Of a stretch of DNA of 64,000 nt, positions 29,401-41,944 are shown piece by piece. The stretch's first letter is position 1, and every line of letters begins with the position of its first letter. Origin of the DNA: Yuukianura sp. NJ FZ-2021. Taxonomy: Eukaryota. The position numbers were made by a program, and so were the translations under genes. A model generated the notes under the pieces. The model made no database searches. It was not told where the DNA came from and saw only the letters and a list, made by a program, of their open reading frames with translations. The stretch covers positions 7,316,001 to 7,380,000 of the forward strand of contig CM102285.1 of the NCBI GenBank assembly GCA_046563655.1, given 5' to 3'.

Positions 29401-32400
29401 AGTCAACTACAGTTTTGAAATCCTCATAAAAAAGGCTACATGAACCCAATTCCACTTGCTGTGTCGTCCCTCATCTCGTTACTTTTATTTATGAAAATTT
29501 GTTTCAAAACAAAGCATTCAAAAGAAATGCATTCCGGAACGATGCTGGGTAAAAGTCAACTACATTTCTGAATTCCTCGTAAAAAGTGCTACGCAACCCA
29601 CTTTCACTTGCTGTGTCGTCCGTCATCTTGTTCCCTTTATTTATGAAAACTCATGTTTCAAAACAAAGAATTCAAAAGAAATGCATTCCGGAACCATGCT
29701 GGGTAAAAGTCAACTACATTTCTTAATTCCTCATAAAAAGTGCTACAGTAACCCACTTTCACTTGCTGTGTCGCCCTCATCTTGTTACCTTTATTTATGA
29801 AAATTCATGTTTCAAAACAACAAATTCAAGAAAGTTGCACTCCGGAACGATACTGGGTAAAAGTCAACTACAGTTTTGAAATCCTCATAAAAAAGGCTAC
29901 ATGAACCCAATTTCACTTGCTGTGTCGTCCCTCATCTCGTTACTTTTATTTATGAAAATTTGTTTCAAAACAAAGCATTCGAAAAACCTCAGTGCGGAAC
30001 GATGCCGGGTGAAAATGACTTACTTTTCTGAACTCCTCCTGAAAAGTACTGCAGGACCCCAAGTTTAATTGGTGTGGATAGATCGCCATTAAAGCTGGAT
30101 AGAGCGGACTTGAAAGTCGGGATTAATCTATCCGCCTCGAATTTTATTTGGGGTTTTTATACCGCACCCACGATAATGCCGAGCACCATTTTGACGTAAA
30201 ACGACTTAAATTTGTGAGAATGAACAGGCAAATGTGAGAATGAACGAAAAGTAAATTACATTTTTGAAATCCTCATAAAAAGTGCTACAGGTACACACTT
30301 TCACTTGCTGTCTCGTCCCTCATCTTGTTCAATTTATTTATGAAAATTCATGTTTCAAAACAAAGAATTCAAAAGAAATGCATTCCGGAACGATGCTGGG
30401 TAAAAGTCAACTACATTTCTGAATTCCTCGTAAAAAGTGCTACGCAACCCACTTTCACTTGCTGTGTCGTCCGTCATCTTGTTCCCTTTATTTATGAAAA
30501 CTCATGTTTCCAAACAACAAATTCAAGAAAGTTGCACTCCGGACCGATACTGGGTAAAAGTCAACTACAGTTTTGAAATCCTCATAAAAAAGGCTACATG
30601 AACCCAATTCCACTTGCTGTGTCGTCCCTCATCTCGTTACTTTTATTTATGAAAATTTGTTTCAAAACAAAGCATTCAAAAGAAATGCATTCCGGAACGA
30701 TGCTGGGTAAAAGTCAACTACATTTCTGAATTCCTCGTAAAAAGTGCTACGCAACCCACTTTCACTTGCTGTGTCGTCCGTCATCTTGTTCCCTTTATTT
30801 ATGAAAACTCATGTTTCAAAACAAAGAATTCAAAAGAAATGCATTCCGGAACCATGCTGGGTAAAAGTCAACTACATTTCTTAATTCCTCATAAAAAGTG
30901 CTACAGTAACCCACTTTCACTTGCTGTGTCGCCCTCATCTTGTTACCTTTATTTATGAAAATTCATGTTTCAAAACAACAAATTCAAGAAAGTTGCACTC
31001 CGGAACGATACTGGGTAAAAGTCAACTACAGTTTTGAAATCCTCATAAAAAAGGCTACATGAACCCAATTTCACTTGCTGTGTCGTCCCTCATCTCGTTA
31101 CTTTTATTTATGAAAATTTGTTTCAAAACAAAGCATTCGAAAAACCTCAGTGCGGAACGATGCCGGGTGAAAATGACTTACTTTTCTGAACTCCTCCTGA
31201 AAAGTACTGCAGGACCCCAAGTTTAATTGGTGTGGATAGATCGCCATTAAAGCTGGATAGAGCGGACTTGAAAGTCGGGATTAATCTATCCGCCTCGAAT
31301 TTTATTTGGGGTTTTTATACCGCACCCACGATAATGCCGAGCACCATTTTGACGTAAAACGACTTAAATTTGTGAGAATGAACAGGCAAATGTGAGAATG
31401 AACGAAAAGTAAATTACATTTTTGAAATCCTCATAAAAAGTGCTACAGGTACACACTTTCACTTGCTGTCTCGTCCCTCATCTTGTTCAATTTATTTATG
31501 AAAATTCATGTTTCAAAACAAAGAATTCAAAAGAAATGCATTCCGGAACGATGCTGGGTAAAAGTCAACTACATTTCTGAATTCCTCGTAAAAAGTGCTA
31601 CGCAACCCACTTTCACTTGCTGTGTCGTCCGTCATCTTGTTCCCTTTATTTATGAAAACTCATGTTTCAAAACAAAGAATTCAAAAGAAATGCATTCCGG
31701 AACCATGCTGGGTAAAAGTCAAATACATTTCTTAATTCCTCATAAAAAGTGCTACAGTAACCCGCTTTCACTTGCTGTGTCGCCCTCATCTTGTTACCTT
31801 TATTTATGAAAATTCATGTTTCAAAACAACAAATTCAAGAAAGTTGCACTCCGGAACGATACTGGGTAAAAGTCAACTACAGTTTTGAAATCCTCATAAA
31901 AAAGGCTACATGAACCCAATTTCACTTGCTGTGTCGTCCCTCATCTCGTTACTTTTATTTATGAAAATTTGTTTCAAAACAAAGCATTCAAAAGAAATGC
32001 ATTCCGGAACGATGCTGGGTAAAAGTCAACTACATTTCTGAATTCCTCGTAAAAAGTGCTACGCAACCCACTTTCACTTGCTGTGTCGTCCGTCATCTTG
32101 TTCCCTTTATTTATGAAAACTCATGTTTCAAAACAAAGAATTCAAAAGAAATGCATTCCGGAACCATGCTGGGTAAAAGTCAACTACATTTCTTAATTCC
32201 TCATAAAAAGTGCTACAGTAACCCACTTTCACTTGCTGTGTCGCCCTCATCTTGTTACCTTTATTTATGAAAATTCATGTTTCAAAACAACAAATTCAAG
32301 AAAGTTGCACTCCGGAACGATACTGGGTAAAAGTCAACTACAGTTTTGAAATCCTCATAAAAAAGGCTACATGAACCCAATTTCACTTGCTGTGTCGTCC

Positions 32401-35400
32401 CTCATCTCGTTACTTTTATTTATGAAAATTTGTTTCAAAACAAAGGATTCGAAAAACCTCAGTGCGGAACGATGCCGGGTGAAAATGACTTACTTTTCTG
32501 AACTCCTCCTGAAAAGTACTGCAGGACCCCAAGTTTAATTGGTGTGGATAGATCGCCATTAAAGCTGGATAGAGCGGACTTGAAAGTCGGGATTAATCTA
32601 TCCGCCTCGAATTTTATTTGGGGTTTTTATACCGCACCCAGGGTAATGCCGAGCACCATTTTGACGTAAAACGACTTAAATTTGTGAGAATGAACAGGCA
32701 AATGTGAGAATGAACGAAAAGTAAATTACATTTTTGAAATCCTCATAAAAAGTGCTACAGGTACACACTTTCACTTGCTGTCTCGTCCCTCATCTTGTTC
32801 AATTTATTTATGAAAATTCATGTTTCAAAACAAAGAATTCAAAAGAAATGCATTCCGGAACGATGCTGGGTAAAAGTCAACTACATTTCTGAATTCCTCG
32901 TAAAAAGTGCTACGCAACCCACTTTCACTTGCTGTGTCGTCCGTCATCTTGTTCCCTTTATTTATGAAAACTCATGTTTCAAAACAAAGAATTCAAAAGA
33001 AATGCATTCCGGAACCATGCTGGGTAAAAGTCAACTACATTTCTTAATTCCTCATAAAAAGTGCTACAGTAACCCACTTTCACTTGCTGTGTCGCCCTCA
33101 TCTTGTTACCTTTATTTATGAAAATTCATGTTTCAAAACAACAAATTCAAGAAAGTTGCACTCCGGAACGATACTGGGTAAAAGTCAACTACAGTTTTGA
33201 AATCCTCATAAAAAAGGCTACATGAACCCAATTTCACTTGCTGTGTCGTCCCTCATCTCGTTACTTTTATTTATGAAAATTTGTTTCAAAACAAAGCATT
33301 CGAAAAACCTCAGTACGGAACGATGCCGGGTGAAAATGACTTACTTTTCTGAACTCCTCCTGAAAAGTACTGCAGGACCCCAAGTTTAATTGGTGTGGAT
33401 AGATCGCCATTAAAGCTGGATAGAGCGGACTTGAAAGTCGGGATTAATCTATCCGCCTCGAATTTTATTTGGGGTTTTTATACCGCACCCAGGGTAATGC
33501 CGAGCACCATTTTGACGTAAAACGACTTAAATTTGTGAGAATGAACAGGCAAATGTGAGAATGAACGAAAAGTAAATTACATTTTTGAAATCCTCATAAA
33601 AAGTGCTACAGGTACACACTTTCACTTGCTGTCTCGTCCCTCATCTTGTTCAAAATTATTTATGAAAATTCATGTTTCAAAACAAAGAATTCAAAAGAAA
33701 TGCATTCCGGAACGATGCTGGGTAAAAGTCAACTACATTTCTGAATTCCTCGTAAAAAGTGCTACGCAACCCACTTTCACTTGCTGTGTCGTCCGTCATC
33801 TTGTTCCCTTTATTTATGAAAACTCATGTTTCAAAACAAAGAATTCAAAAGAAATGCATTCCGGAACCATGCTGGGTAAAAGTCAACTACATTTCTTAAT
33901 TCCTCATAAAAAGTGCTACAGTAACCCACTTTCACTTGCTGTGTCGCCCTCATCTTGTTACCTTTATTTATGAAAATTCATGTTTCAAAACAACAAATTC
34001 AAGAAAGTTGCACTCCGGAACGATACTGGGTAAAAGTCAACTACAGTTTTGAAATCCTCATAAAAAAGGCTACATGAGCCCAATTTCACTTGCTGTGTCG
34101 TCCCTCATCTCGTTACTTTTATTTATGAAAATTTGTTTCAAAACAAAGCATTCGAAAAACCTCAGTGCGGAACGATGCCGGGTGAAAATGACTTACTTTT
34201 CTGAACTCCTCCTGAAAAGTACTGCAGGACCCCAAGTTTAATTGGTGTGGATAGATCGCCATTAAAGCTGGATAGAGCGGACTTGAAAGTCGGGATTAAT
34301 CTATCCGCCTCGAATTTTATTTGGGGTTTTTATACCGCACCCAGGGTAATGCCGAGCACCATTTTGACGTAAAACGACTTAAATTTGTGAGAATGAACAG
34401 GCAAATGTGAGAATGAACGAAAAGTAAAACATTTTTGAAATCCTCATAAAAAGTGCTACAGGTACACACTTTCACTTGCTGTGTCGTCCCTCATCTTGTT
34501 CCCTTTATTTATGAAAATTCATGTTTCAAAACAAAGAATTCAAAAGAAATGCATTCCGGAACGATGCTGGGTAAAAGTCAACTACATTTCTGAATTCCTC
34601 ATAAAAAGTGCTACGCAACCCACTTTCACTTGCTGTGTCGTCCCTCATCTTGTTCCCTTTATTTATGAAAATTCATGTTTCAAAACAACAAATTCAAGAA
34701 AGTTGCACTCCGGAACGATACTGGGTAAAAGTCAACTACAGTTTTGAAATCCTCATAAAAAAGGCTACATGAACCCAATTTCACTTGCTGTGTCGTCCCT
34801 CATCTCGTTACTTTTATTTATGAAAATTTGTTTCAAAACAAAGCATTCGAAAAACCTCAGTGCGGAACGATGCCGGGTGAAAATGACTTACTTTTCTGAA
34901 CTCCTCCTGAAAAGTACTGCAGGACCCCAAGTTTAATTGGTGTGGATAGATCGCCATTAAAGCTGGATAGAGCGGACTTGAAAGTCGGGATTAATCTATC
35001 CGCCTCGAATTTTATTTGGGGTTTTTATACCGCACCCAGGGTAATGCCGAGCACCATTTTGACGTAAAACGACTTAAATTTGTGAGAATGAACAGGCAAA
35101 TGTGAGAATGAACGAAAAGTAAATTACATTTTTGAAATCCTCATAAAAAGTGCTACAGGTACACACTTTCACTTGCTGTCTCGTCCCTCATCTTGTTCAA
35201 TTTATTTATGAAAATTCATGTTTCAAAACAAAGAATTCAAAAGAAATGCATTCCGGAACGATGCTGGGTAAAAGTCAACTACATTTCTGAATTCCTCGTA
35301 AAAAGTGCTACGCAACCCACTTTCACTTGCTGTGTCGTCCGTCATCTTGTTCCCTTTATTTATGAAAACTCATGTTTCAAAACAAAGAATTCAAAAGAAA

Positions 35401-38400
35401 TGTATTCCGGAACCATGCTGGGTAAAAGTCAACTACATTTCTTAATTCCGCATAAAAAGTGCTACAGTAACCCACTTTCACTTGCTGTGTCGCCCTCATC
35501 TTGTTACCTTTATTTATGAAAATTCATGTTTCAAAACAACAAATTCAAGAAAGTTGCACTCCGGAACGATACTGGGTAAAAGTCAACTACAGTTTTGAAA
35601 TCCTCATAAAAAAGGCTACATGAACCCAATTTCACTTGCTGTGTCGTCCCTCATCTCGTTACTTTTATTTATGAAAATTTGTTTCAAAACAAAGCATTCG
35701 AAAAACCTCAGTGCGGAACGATGCCGGGTGAAAATGACTTACTTTTCTGAACTCCTCCTGAAAAGTACTGCAGGACCCCAAGTTTAATTGGTGTGGATAG
35801 ATCGCCATTAAAGCTGGATAGAGCGGACTTGAAAGTCGGGATTAATCTATCCGCCTCGAATTTTATTTGGGGTTTTTATACCGCACCCAGGGTAATGCCG
35901 AGCACCATTTTGACGTAAAACGACTTAAATTTGTGAGAATGAACAGGCAAATGTGAGAATGAACGAAAAGTAAATTACATTTTTGAAATCCTCATAAAAA
36001 GTGCTACAGGTACACACTTTCACTTGCTGTCTCGTCCCTCATCTTGTTCAATTTATTTATGAAAATTCATGTTTCAAAACAAAGAATTCAAAAGAAATGC
36101 ATTCCGGAACGATGCTGGGTAAAAGTCAATTACATTTCTGAATTCCTCGTAAAAAGTGCTACGCAACCCACTTTCACTTGCTGTGTCGTCCGTCATCTTG
36201 TTCCCTTTATTTATGAAAACTCATGTTTCAAAACAAAGAATTCAAAAGAAATGCATTCCGGAACCATGCTGGGTAAAAGTCAACTACATTTCTTAATTCC
36301 GCATAAAAAGTGCTGCAGTAACCCACTTTCACTTGCTGTGTCGCCCTCATCTTGTTACCTTTATTTATGAAAATTCATGTTTCAAAATAGCAAATTCAAG
36401 AAAGTTGCACTCCGGAACGATACTGGGTAAAAGTCAACTACAGTTTTGAAATCCTCATAAAAAAGGCTACATGAACCCAATTTCACTTGCTGTGTCGTCC
36501 CTCATCTCGTTACTTTTATTTATGAAAATTTGTTTCAAAACAAAGCATTCGAAAAACCTCAGTGCGGAACGATGCCGGGTGAAAATGACTTACTTTTCTG
36601 AACTCCTCCTGAAAAGTACTGCAGGACCCCAAGTTTAATTGGTGTGGATAGATCGCCATTAAAGCTGGATAGAGCGGACTTGAAAGTCGGGATTAATCTA
36701 TCCGCCTCGAATTTTATTTGGGGTTTTTATACCGCACCCAGGGTAATGCCGAGCACCATTTTGACGTAAATCGACTTAAATTTGTGAGAATGAACAGGCA
36801 AATGTGAGAATGAACGAAAAGTAAATTACATTTTTGAAATCCTCATAAAAAGTGCTACAGGTACACACTTTCACTTGCTGTGTCGTCCCTCATCTTGTTC
36901 CCTTTATTTATTAAAATTCATGTTTCAAAACAAAGAATTCAAAAGAAATGCATTCCGGAACGATGCTGGGTAAAAGTCAACTACATTTCTGAATTCCTCA
37001 TAAAAAGTGCTACGCAACCCACTTTCACTTGCTGTGTCGTCCCTCATCTTGTTCCCTTTATTTATGAAAACTCATTTTTCAAAACAAAGAATTCAAGAAA
37101 GTTGCACTCCGGAACGATACTGGGTAAAAGTCAACTACAGTTTTGAAATCCTCATAAAAAAGGCTACATGAACCCAATTTCACTTGCTGTGTCGTCCCTC
37201 ATCTCGTTACTTTTATTTATGAAAATTTGTTTCAAAACAAAGCATTCGAAAAACCTCAGTGCGGAACGATGCCGGGTGAAAATGACTTACTTTTCTGAAC
37301 TCCTCCTGAAAAGTACTGCAGGACCCCAAGTTTAATTGGTGTGGATAGATCGCCATTAAAGCTGGATAGAGCGGACTTGAAAGTCGGGCTTAATCTATCC
37401 GCCTCGAATTTTATTTGGGGTTTTTATACCGCACCCAGGGTAATGCCGAGCACCATTTTGACGTAAAACGACTTAAATTTGTGAGAATGAACAGGCAAAT
37501 GTGAGAATGAACGAAAAGTAAATTACATTTTTGAAATCCTCATAAAAAGTGCTACAGGTACACACTTTCACTTGCTGTGTCGTCCCTCATCTTGTTCCCT
37601 TTATTTATGAAAATTCATGTTTCAAAACAAAGAATTCAAAAGAAATGCATTCCGGAACGATGCTGGGTAAAAGTCAACTACATTTCTGAATTCCTCATAA
37701 AAAGTGCTACAGTAACCCACTTTCACTTGCTGTGTCGTCCCTCATCTTGTTACCTTTATTTATGAAAATTCATGTTTCAAAACAACAAATTCAAGAAAGT
37801 TGCACTCCGGAACGATACTGGGTAAAAGTCAACTACAGTTTTGAAATCCTCATAAAAAAGGCTACATGAACCCAATTTCACTTGCTGTGTCGTCCCTCAT
37901 CTCGTTACTTTTATTTATGAAAATTTGTTTCAAAACAAAGCATTCGAAAAACCTCAGTGCGGAACGATGCCGGGTGAAAATGACTTACTTTTCTGAACTC
38001 CTCCTGAAAAGTACTGCAGGACCCCAAGTTTAATTGGTGTGGATAGATCGCCATTAAAGCTGGATAGAGCGGACTTGAAAGTCGGGATTAATCTATCCGC
38101 CTCGAATTTTATTTGGGGTTTTTATACCGCACCCAGGGTAATGCCGAGCACCATTTAGACGTAAAACGACTTAAATTGGTGAGAATGAACATGCAAATGT
38201 GAGAATGAACGAAAAGTAAATTACATTTTTGAAATCCTCATAAAAAGTGCTACAGGTACACACTTTCACTTGCTGTGTCGTCCCTCATCTTGTTCCCTTT
38301 ATTTATGAAAATTCATGTTTCAAAACAAAGAATTCAAAAGAAATGCATTCCGGAACGATGCTGGGTAAAAGTCAACTACATTTCTGAATTCCTCATAAAA

Positions 38401-39435
38401 AGTGCTACGCAACCCACTTTCACTTGCTGTGTCGTCCCTCATCTTGTTCCCTTTATTTATGAAAACTCATGTTTCAAAACAAAGAATTCAAGAAAGTTGC
38501 ACTCCGGAACGATACTGGGTAAAAGTCAACTACAGTTTTGAAATCCTCATAAAAAAGGCTACATGAACCCAATTTCACTTGCTGTGTCGTCCCTCATCTT
38601 GTTACTTTTATTTATGAAAATTTGTTTCAAAACAAAGCATTCGAAAAACCTCAGTGCGGAACGATGCCGGGTGAAAATGACTTACTTTTCTGCACTCCTC
38701 CTGAAAAGTGCTGCAGGACCCCAAGTTTAATTGGTGTGGATAGATCGCCATTAAAGCTGGATAGAGCGGACTTAAAAGTCGGGATTAATCGCTCCGCCTC
38801 GAATTTTATCTGGGGTTTTTATACCGCACCCAGGGTAATGCCGAGCACCATTTTGACGTAAAATGACTTAAATTGGTGAGAATGAACATGCAAATGTGAG
38901 AATGAACGAAAAGTAAATTACATTTTTGAAATCCTCATAAAAAGTGCCACAGGTACACACTTTCACTTGCTGTGTCGTCCCTCATCTTGTTCCCTTTATT
39001 TATGAAAATTCATGTTTCAAAACAAAGAATTCAAAAGAAATGCATTAGGGAACGATGCTGGGTAAAAGTCAACTACATTTCTGAATTCCTCATAAAAAGT
39101 GCTACAGTAACCCACTTTCACTTGCTGTGTCGTCCCTCATCTTGTTACCTTTATTTATGAAAATTCATGTTTCAAAACAACAAATTCAAGAAAGTTGCAC
39201 TCCGGAACGATACTGGGTAAAAGTCAACTACAGTTTTGAAATCCTGATAAAAAAGGCTACATGAACCCAATTTCACTTGCTGTGTCGTCCCTCATCTCGT
39301 TACTTTTATTTATGAAAATTTGTTTCAAAACAAAGCATTCGAAAAACCTAAGTGCGGAACGATGCCGGGTAAAAATGACTTACTTTCCGAAATCCTCCTG
39401 AAAAGTACTGCAGGACCCCAAGTTTAATTGGTATG
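2462..39435 (+). repeat. Satellite array, ~697-bp unit (3 x ~155-bp subunits + spacer) with variant units
   Basis: The recurring pseudo-ORF starts are spaced 697 bp apart (2744, 3441, 4138, 4835). Subunit starts GTGTCGTC at 3441, 3596, 3750. Shorter (~543 bp) and longer (~851, ~1159, ~1312 bp) units differ by whole subunits. Confidence 0.98.
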
Positions 39436-39594
39436 AGTAGAATGGTAAGTTCCGCGAAGAACGTAAAACGTTCCGGATTCCTTTTGCGGAGGGAGTTGAG
39501 TCAGTTAGGAAGAATGCAAGGTTGAGGTCAAACGTTTGCCGTTCGATTGCAACTTGAGTTTTCCTCAGGAATATAAGGTTAGCTCAAGGTCCTT
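39436..39594 (+). repeat. Left terminal inverted repeat
   Basis: AGTAGAATGGTAAGTTCCGCGAAGAACG...CAAGGTCCTT is the reverse complement of 57253-57411, with 3 mismatches seen by eye. Confidence 0.95.
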
Positions 39595-40082
39595 GAATGG
39601 TAAGTTCGGCGAAGAACGTAAAACGTTCTGGATTCGTTCGCGCGTTTTTGGTCTGTGGGGGTGACTCACGAAAAGGTTAAGTTAAGATCGTTAAGTTTTT
39701 AAGTTAAGTCAGATCGTAAGTTTGCTGTGCCAGTTCTTGACGACATTTTGTTGTTGAAATCAGATATCTGAAAACTGAGTCATTCTAATGACAAAACATG
39801 ATGTTATTTTGAGTGTTGGACGTCCTTGGCATGCTTTTGGGATGTGGACAGAAATTTGTAGTTTCTGTCCTTGTGACACTGTGACAATTGTTTGGAGCGT
39901 TAGGATTCCAACCTTCGACCCCGATGGAGTATTTTGTTTAGTTGCACAATTTCTAAATGCTTTGGTTTTTAAGTCCGCCTCGTTCGTAAGATATAAAGAG
40001 GTTTGTTGTAAGTTGAAAGTTAATTTGAAAGTAAGTTGAGTTTGTGCTGTCAATCTCTGTCGTAAAAAAAAAAGAAAAAACC

Positions 40083-41450
40083 ATGGTTATTTGTCCCGTG
40101 TGTTTGGACAAGTTCGGGGACCATGAGCCGATGGACGTGAAGGCCATCGTCATCTCAACTGAGTGCAACCACGTGTTGCACTGGTAAGTAATTGTATCAG
40201 ATTCTTAGGATTAACGTGTTTGGTCAGGATTTAAAAACTTTGCGTTTTTAGGATTTGCATGCTGAATTGGGCTAATTCTGTCCATCCTGGATGCCTTGGA
40301 GATTCGGCCACAGTTGAGTAAGTACTTTTACTACTTTATATGTTAAGTTAAACCTTGTGCTAACTGTGTGCTTTTTCTTTCAGGACGGCATGTCCAGTGT
40401 GTCAGGCCATGGTCAAGACCACTGGGGAGAAAGTGGAGGGGCGAAGGCTGTTTCTGTCCATGCAGGAATGTGGCATGGCCTGGTCCGGTTTGGTGGTGAC
40501 TTCCGATAGGTAATTTTTCTTTTACGTTTTAATTGAAAAATGTTAAACAAAATTTTGTTTTTCTTTAAAAATCTTTAGTGATCGCATTCAGATCATCGAA
40601 AGCACGGTGATCGATCTGCAGGCCAGGATCGCTGCCTTGCCTGTGCAATACGCATTGTAAGCGTTTTGTAGTTTTTTAAGTTATGTGTGAAAATTAAATT
40701 TTTTAATTCGTTTTTTTTTCAGGGGTCAAAGAGTTGCGGAGTTGGAGTTCGGCAGTTGTCAAAAAACGAAAACAATTATGAACTTGCAGGCGGAACTGAA
40801 CAAAAAAGAAACGGACCTGAACTGTCGTACTACGGCGTGGTAAGTGTTTTTTTTTTGGTTTAACAATCTTTCAATGTTGCCAATTTTTGTGTCAAGTTTT
40901 TGTTTGTGTTTCTCTGTGTAGTTAGTAATTTCAATTTTTGTTTAGGGACAAAATCATGGCGAACAACTTAAGATTAATTGACGAATCGAACAAGCGGGGA
41001 GCAGCCTCAGAATCCCGCTGCGCGGAATTGAGCCAAAAACTCGTTGAATCCGAGGCGCGGTGGCACATGGCGAACATTCGTCACAAGGAGGAACAAGTGT
41101 CTTATGCCGCAAGGTTTGACATTGTTCACAAGAAACTTGAGGAGTCTGAAGAGAAAGTGCGCGAACTTCGTGAGCGTACTAAAATTGCCCAGGACAACCA
41201 GCAAGTGGCCGAAGTAGTTGCGTCTGCGGCTGAAACGGCAAAACGGGAAGCTGTGGAGGAGTTGAATCGACTCAAACAAGAGCTTGCTAACGTTGCCGTG
41301 AAGCGGGAAGTGGCTGAAGTGGAAGTGGCGGAGGAGCCAGTCCCGCCAAAACGCCCAAGGGGGCGCCCTCCAAAAAAGCGGGGGGGGTCTGCTGGTCCAA
41401 TGTGCGAAACTCGCAACATGCGATTGCGCCTTACCCGAGTTGGGTTTTAA
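40083..41450 (+). CDS. Spliced RING-H2 + coiled-coil + AT-hook protein (putative E3 ubiquitin ligase), ~330 aa, 6 exons
   Basis: Exons 40083-40183, 40252-40317, 40384-40509, 40579-40656, 40723-40839, 40946-41450. All introns are GT..AG with pyrimidine tracts and the frame stays open (993 nt). Gives CPVC...ECNHVLHWIC..NW...CPVC (C3H2C3), a heptad-rich middle and KRPRGRPPKK. TATAAA at 39992, AATAAA at ~41505. Confidence 0.85.
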
Positions 41451-41855
41451 ATACTTGAATTACTATTTAAAAAAAAAACAACATTTTTGTTTTGTTTGCA
41501 AAAAAATAAATTGAATTTTTTTTTCGTTGTACTTTTCGGTTTTTGTGGGTTTGCTGTTTGTACTATAAAAATGCGTTAGAAAAACTTTGTTTTTTAAGAA
41601 ATGTGAAAAGAATATCATCGAAATTCAAACTGTGAAAGTCTAGCATAATCACGTCAGGAGTTTTGGTAGGTGGCCCATGACCTTGGACTTTCACGTCGTA
41701 GTAGATGGTTAGGTGGTACTTTGGTGAGAAGACAAAGTTTGGACGCATCCCATCATCGTCTATCGTTGCTATCTTGTTAGACTGTGTTATCAGGTGACGT
41801 CATTTTTTTAGACTTTGGACGTTGAGGAAACGTTTGTTTTATCCTTGAGCTGGGG

Positions 41856-41880
41856 TATATAATTGAGTTGTTTTGTCATT
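41856..41880 (+). promoter_or_regulatory. TATA box and arthropod-type initiator for the F-box gene
   Basis: TATATAA at 41856, TCATT at 41876, ATG at 41945, and a CRE-like TGACGTCA at 41795. Confidence 0.55.
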
Positions 41881-41944
41881 TGTAACAGTACCTCACGCTT
41901 GTTAGAAAACCAGCAAAAGCACAAATTATAACACATTTGGGGCA

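Noticed and set aside
2462..39435. CRISPR-like repeat/spacer appearance
   Set aside because: The spacers are near-identical between units, the repeats are far too long, there are no cas genes and the context is eukaryotic.
39461..39478. TIR shares ACGTAAAACG and TCCGGAACG with the satellite
   Set aside because: Only 9-10 bp matches against a 697-bp AT-rich unit on two strands, so chance cannot be excluded without a statistical test.
39760..40168. Short ORFs in the left subterminal region
   Set aside because: They overlap the promoter and first exon of the RING gene and have no recognisable features.
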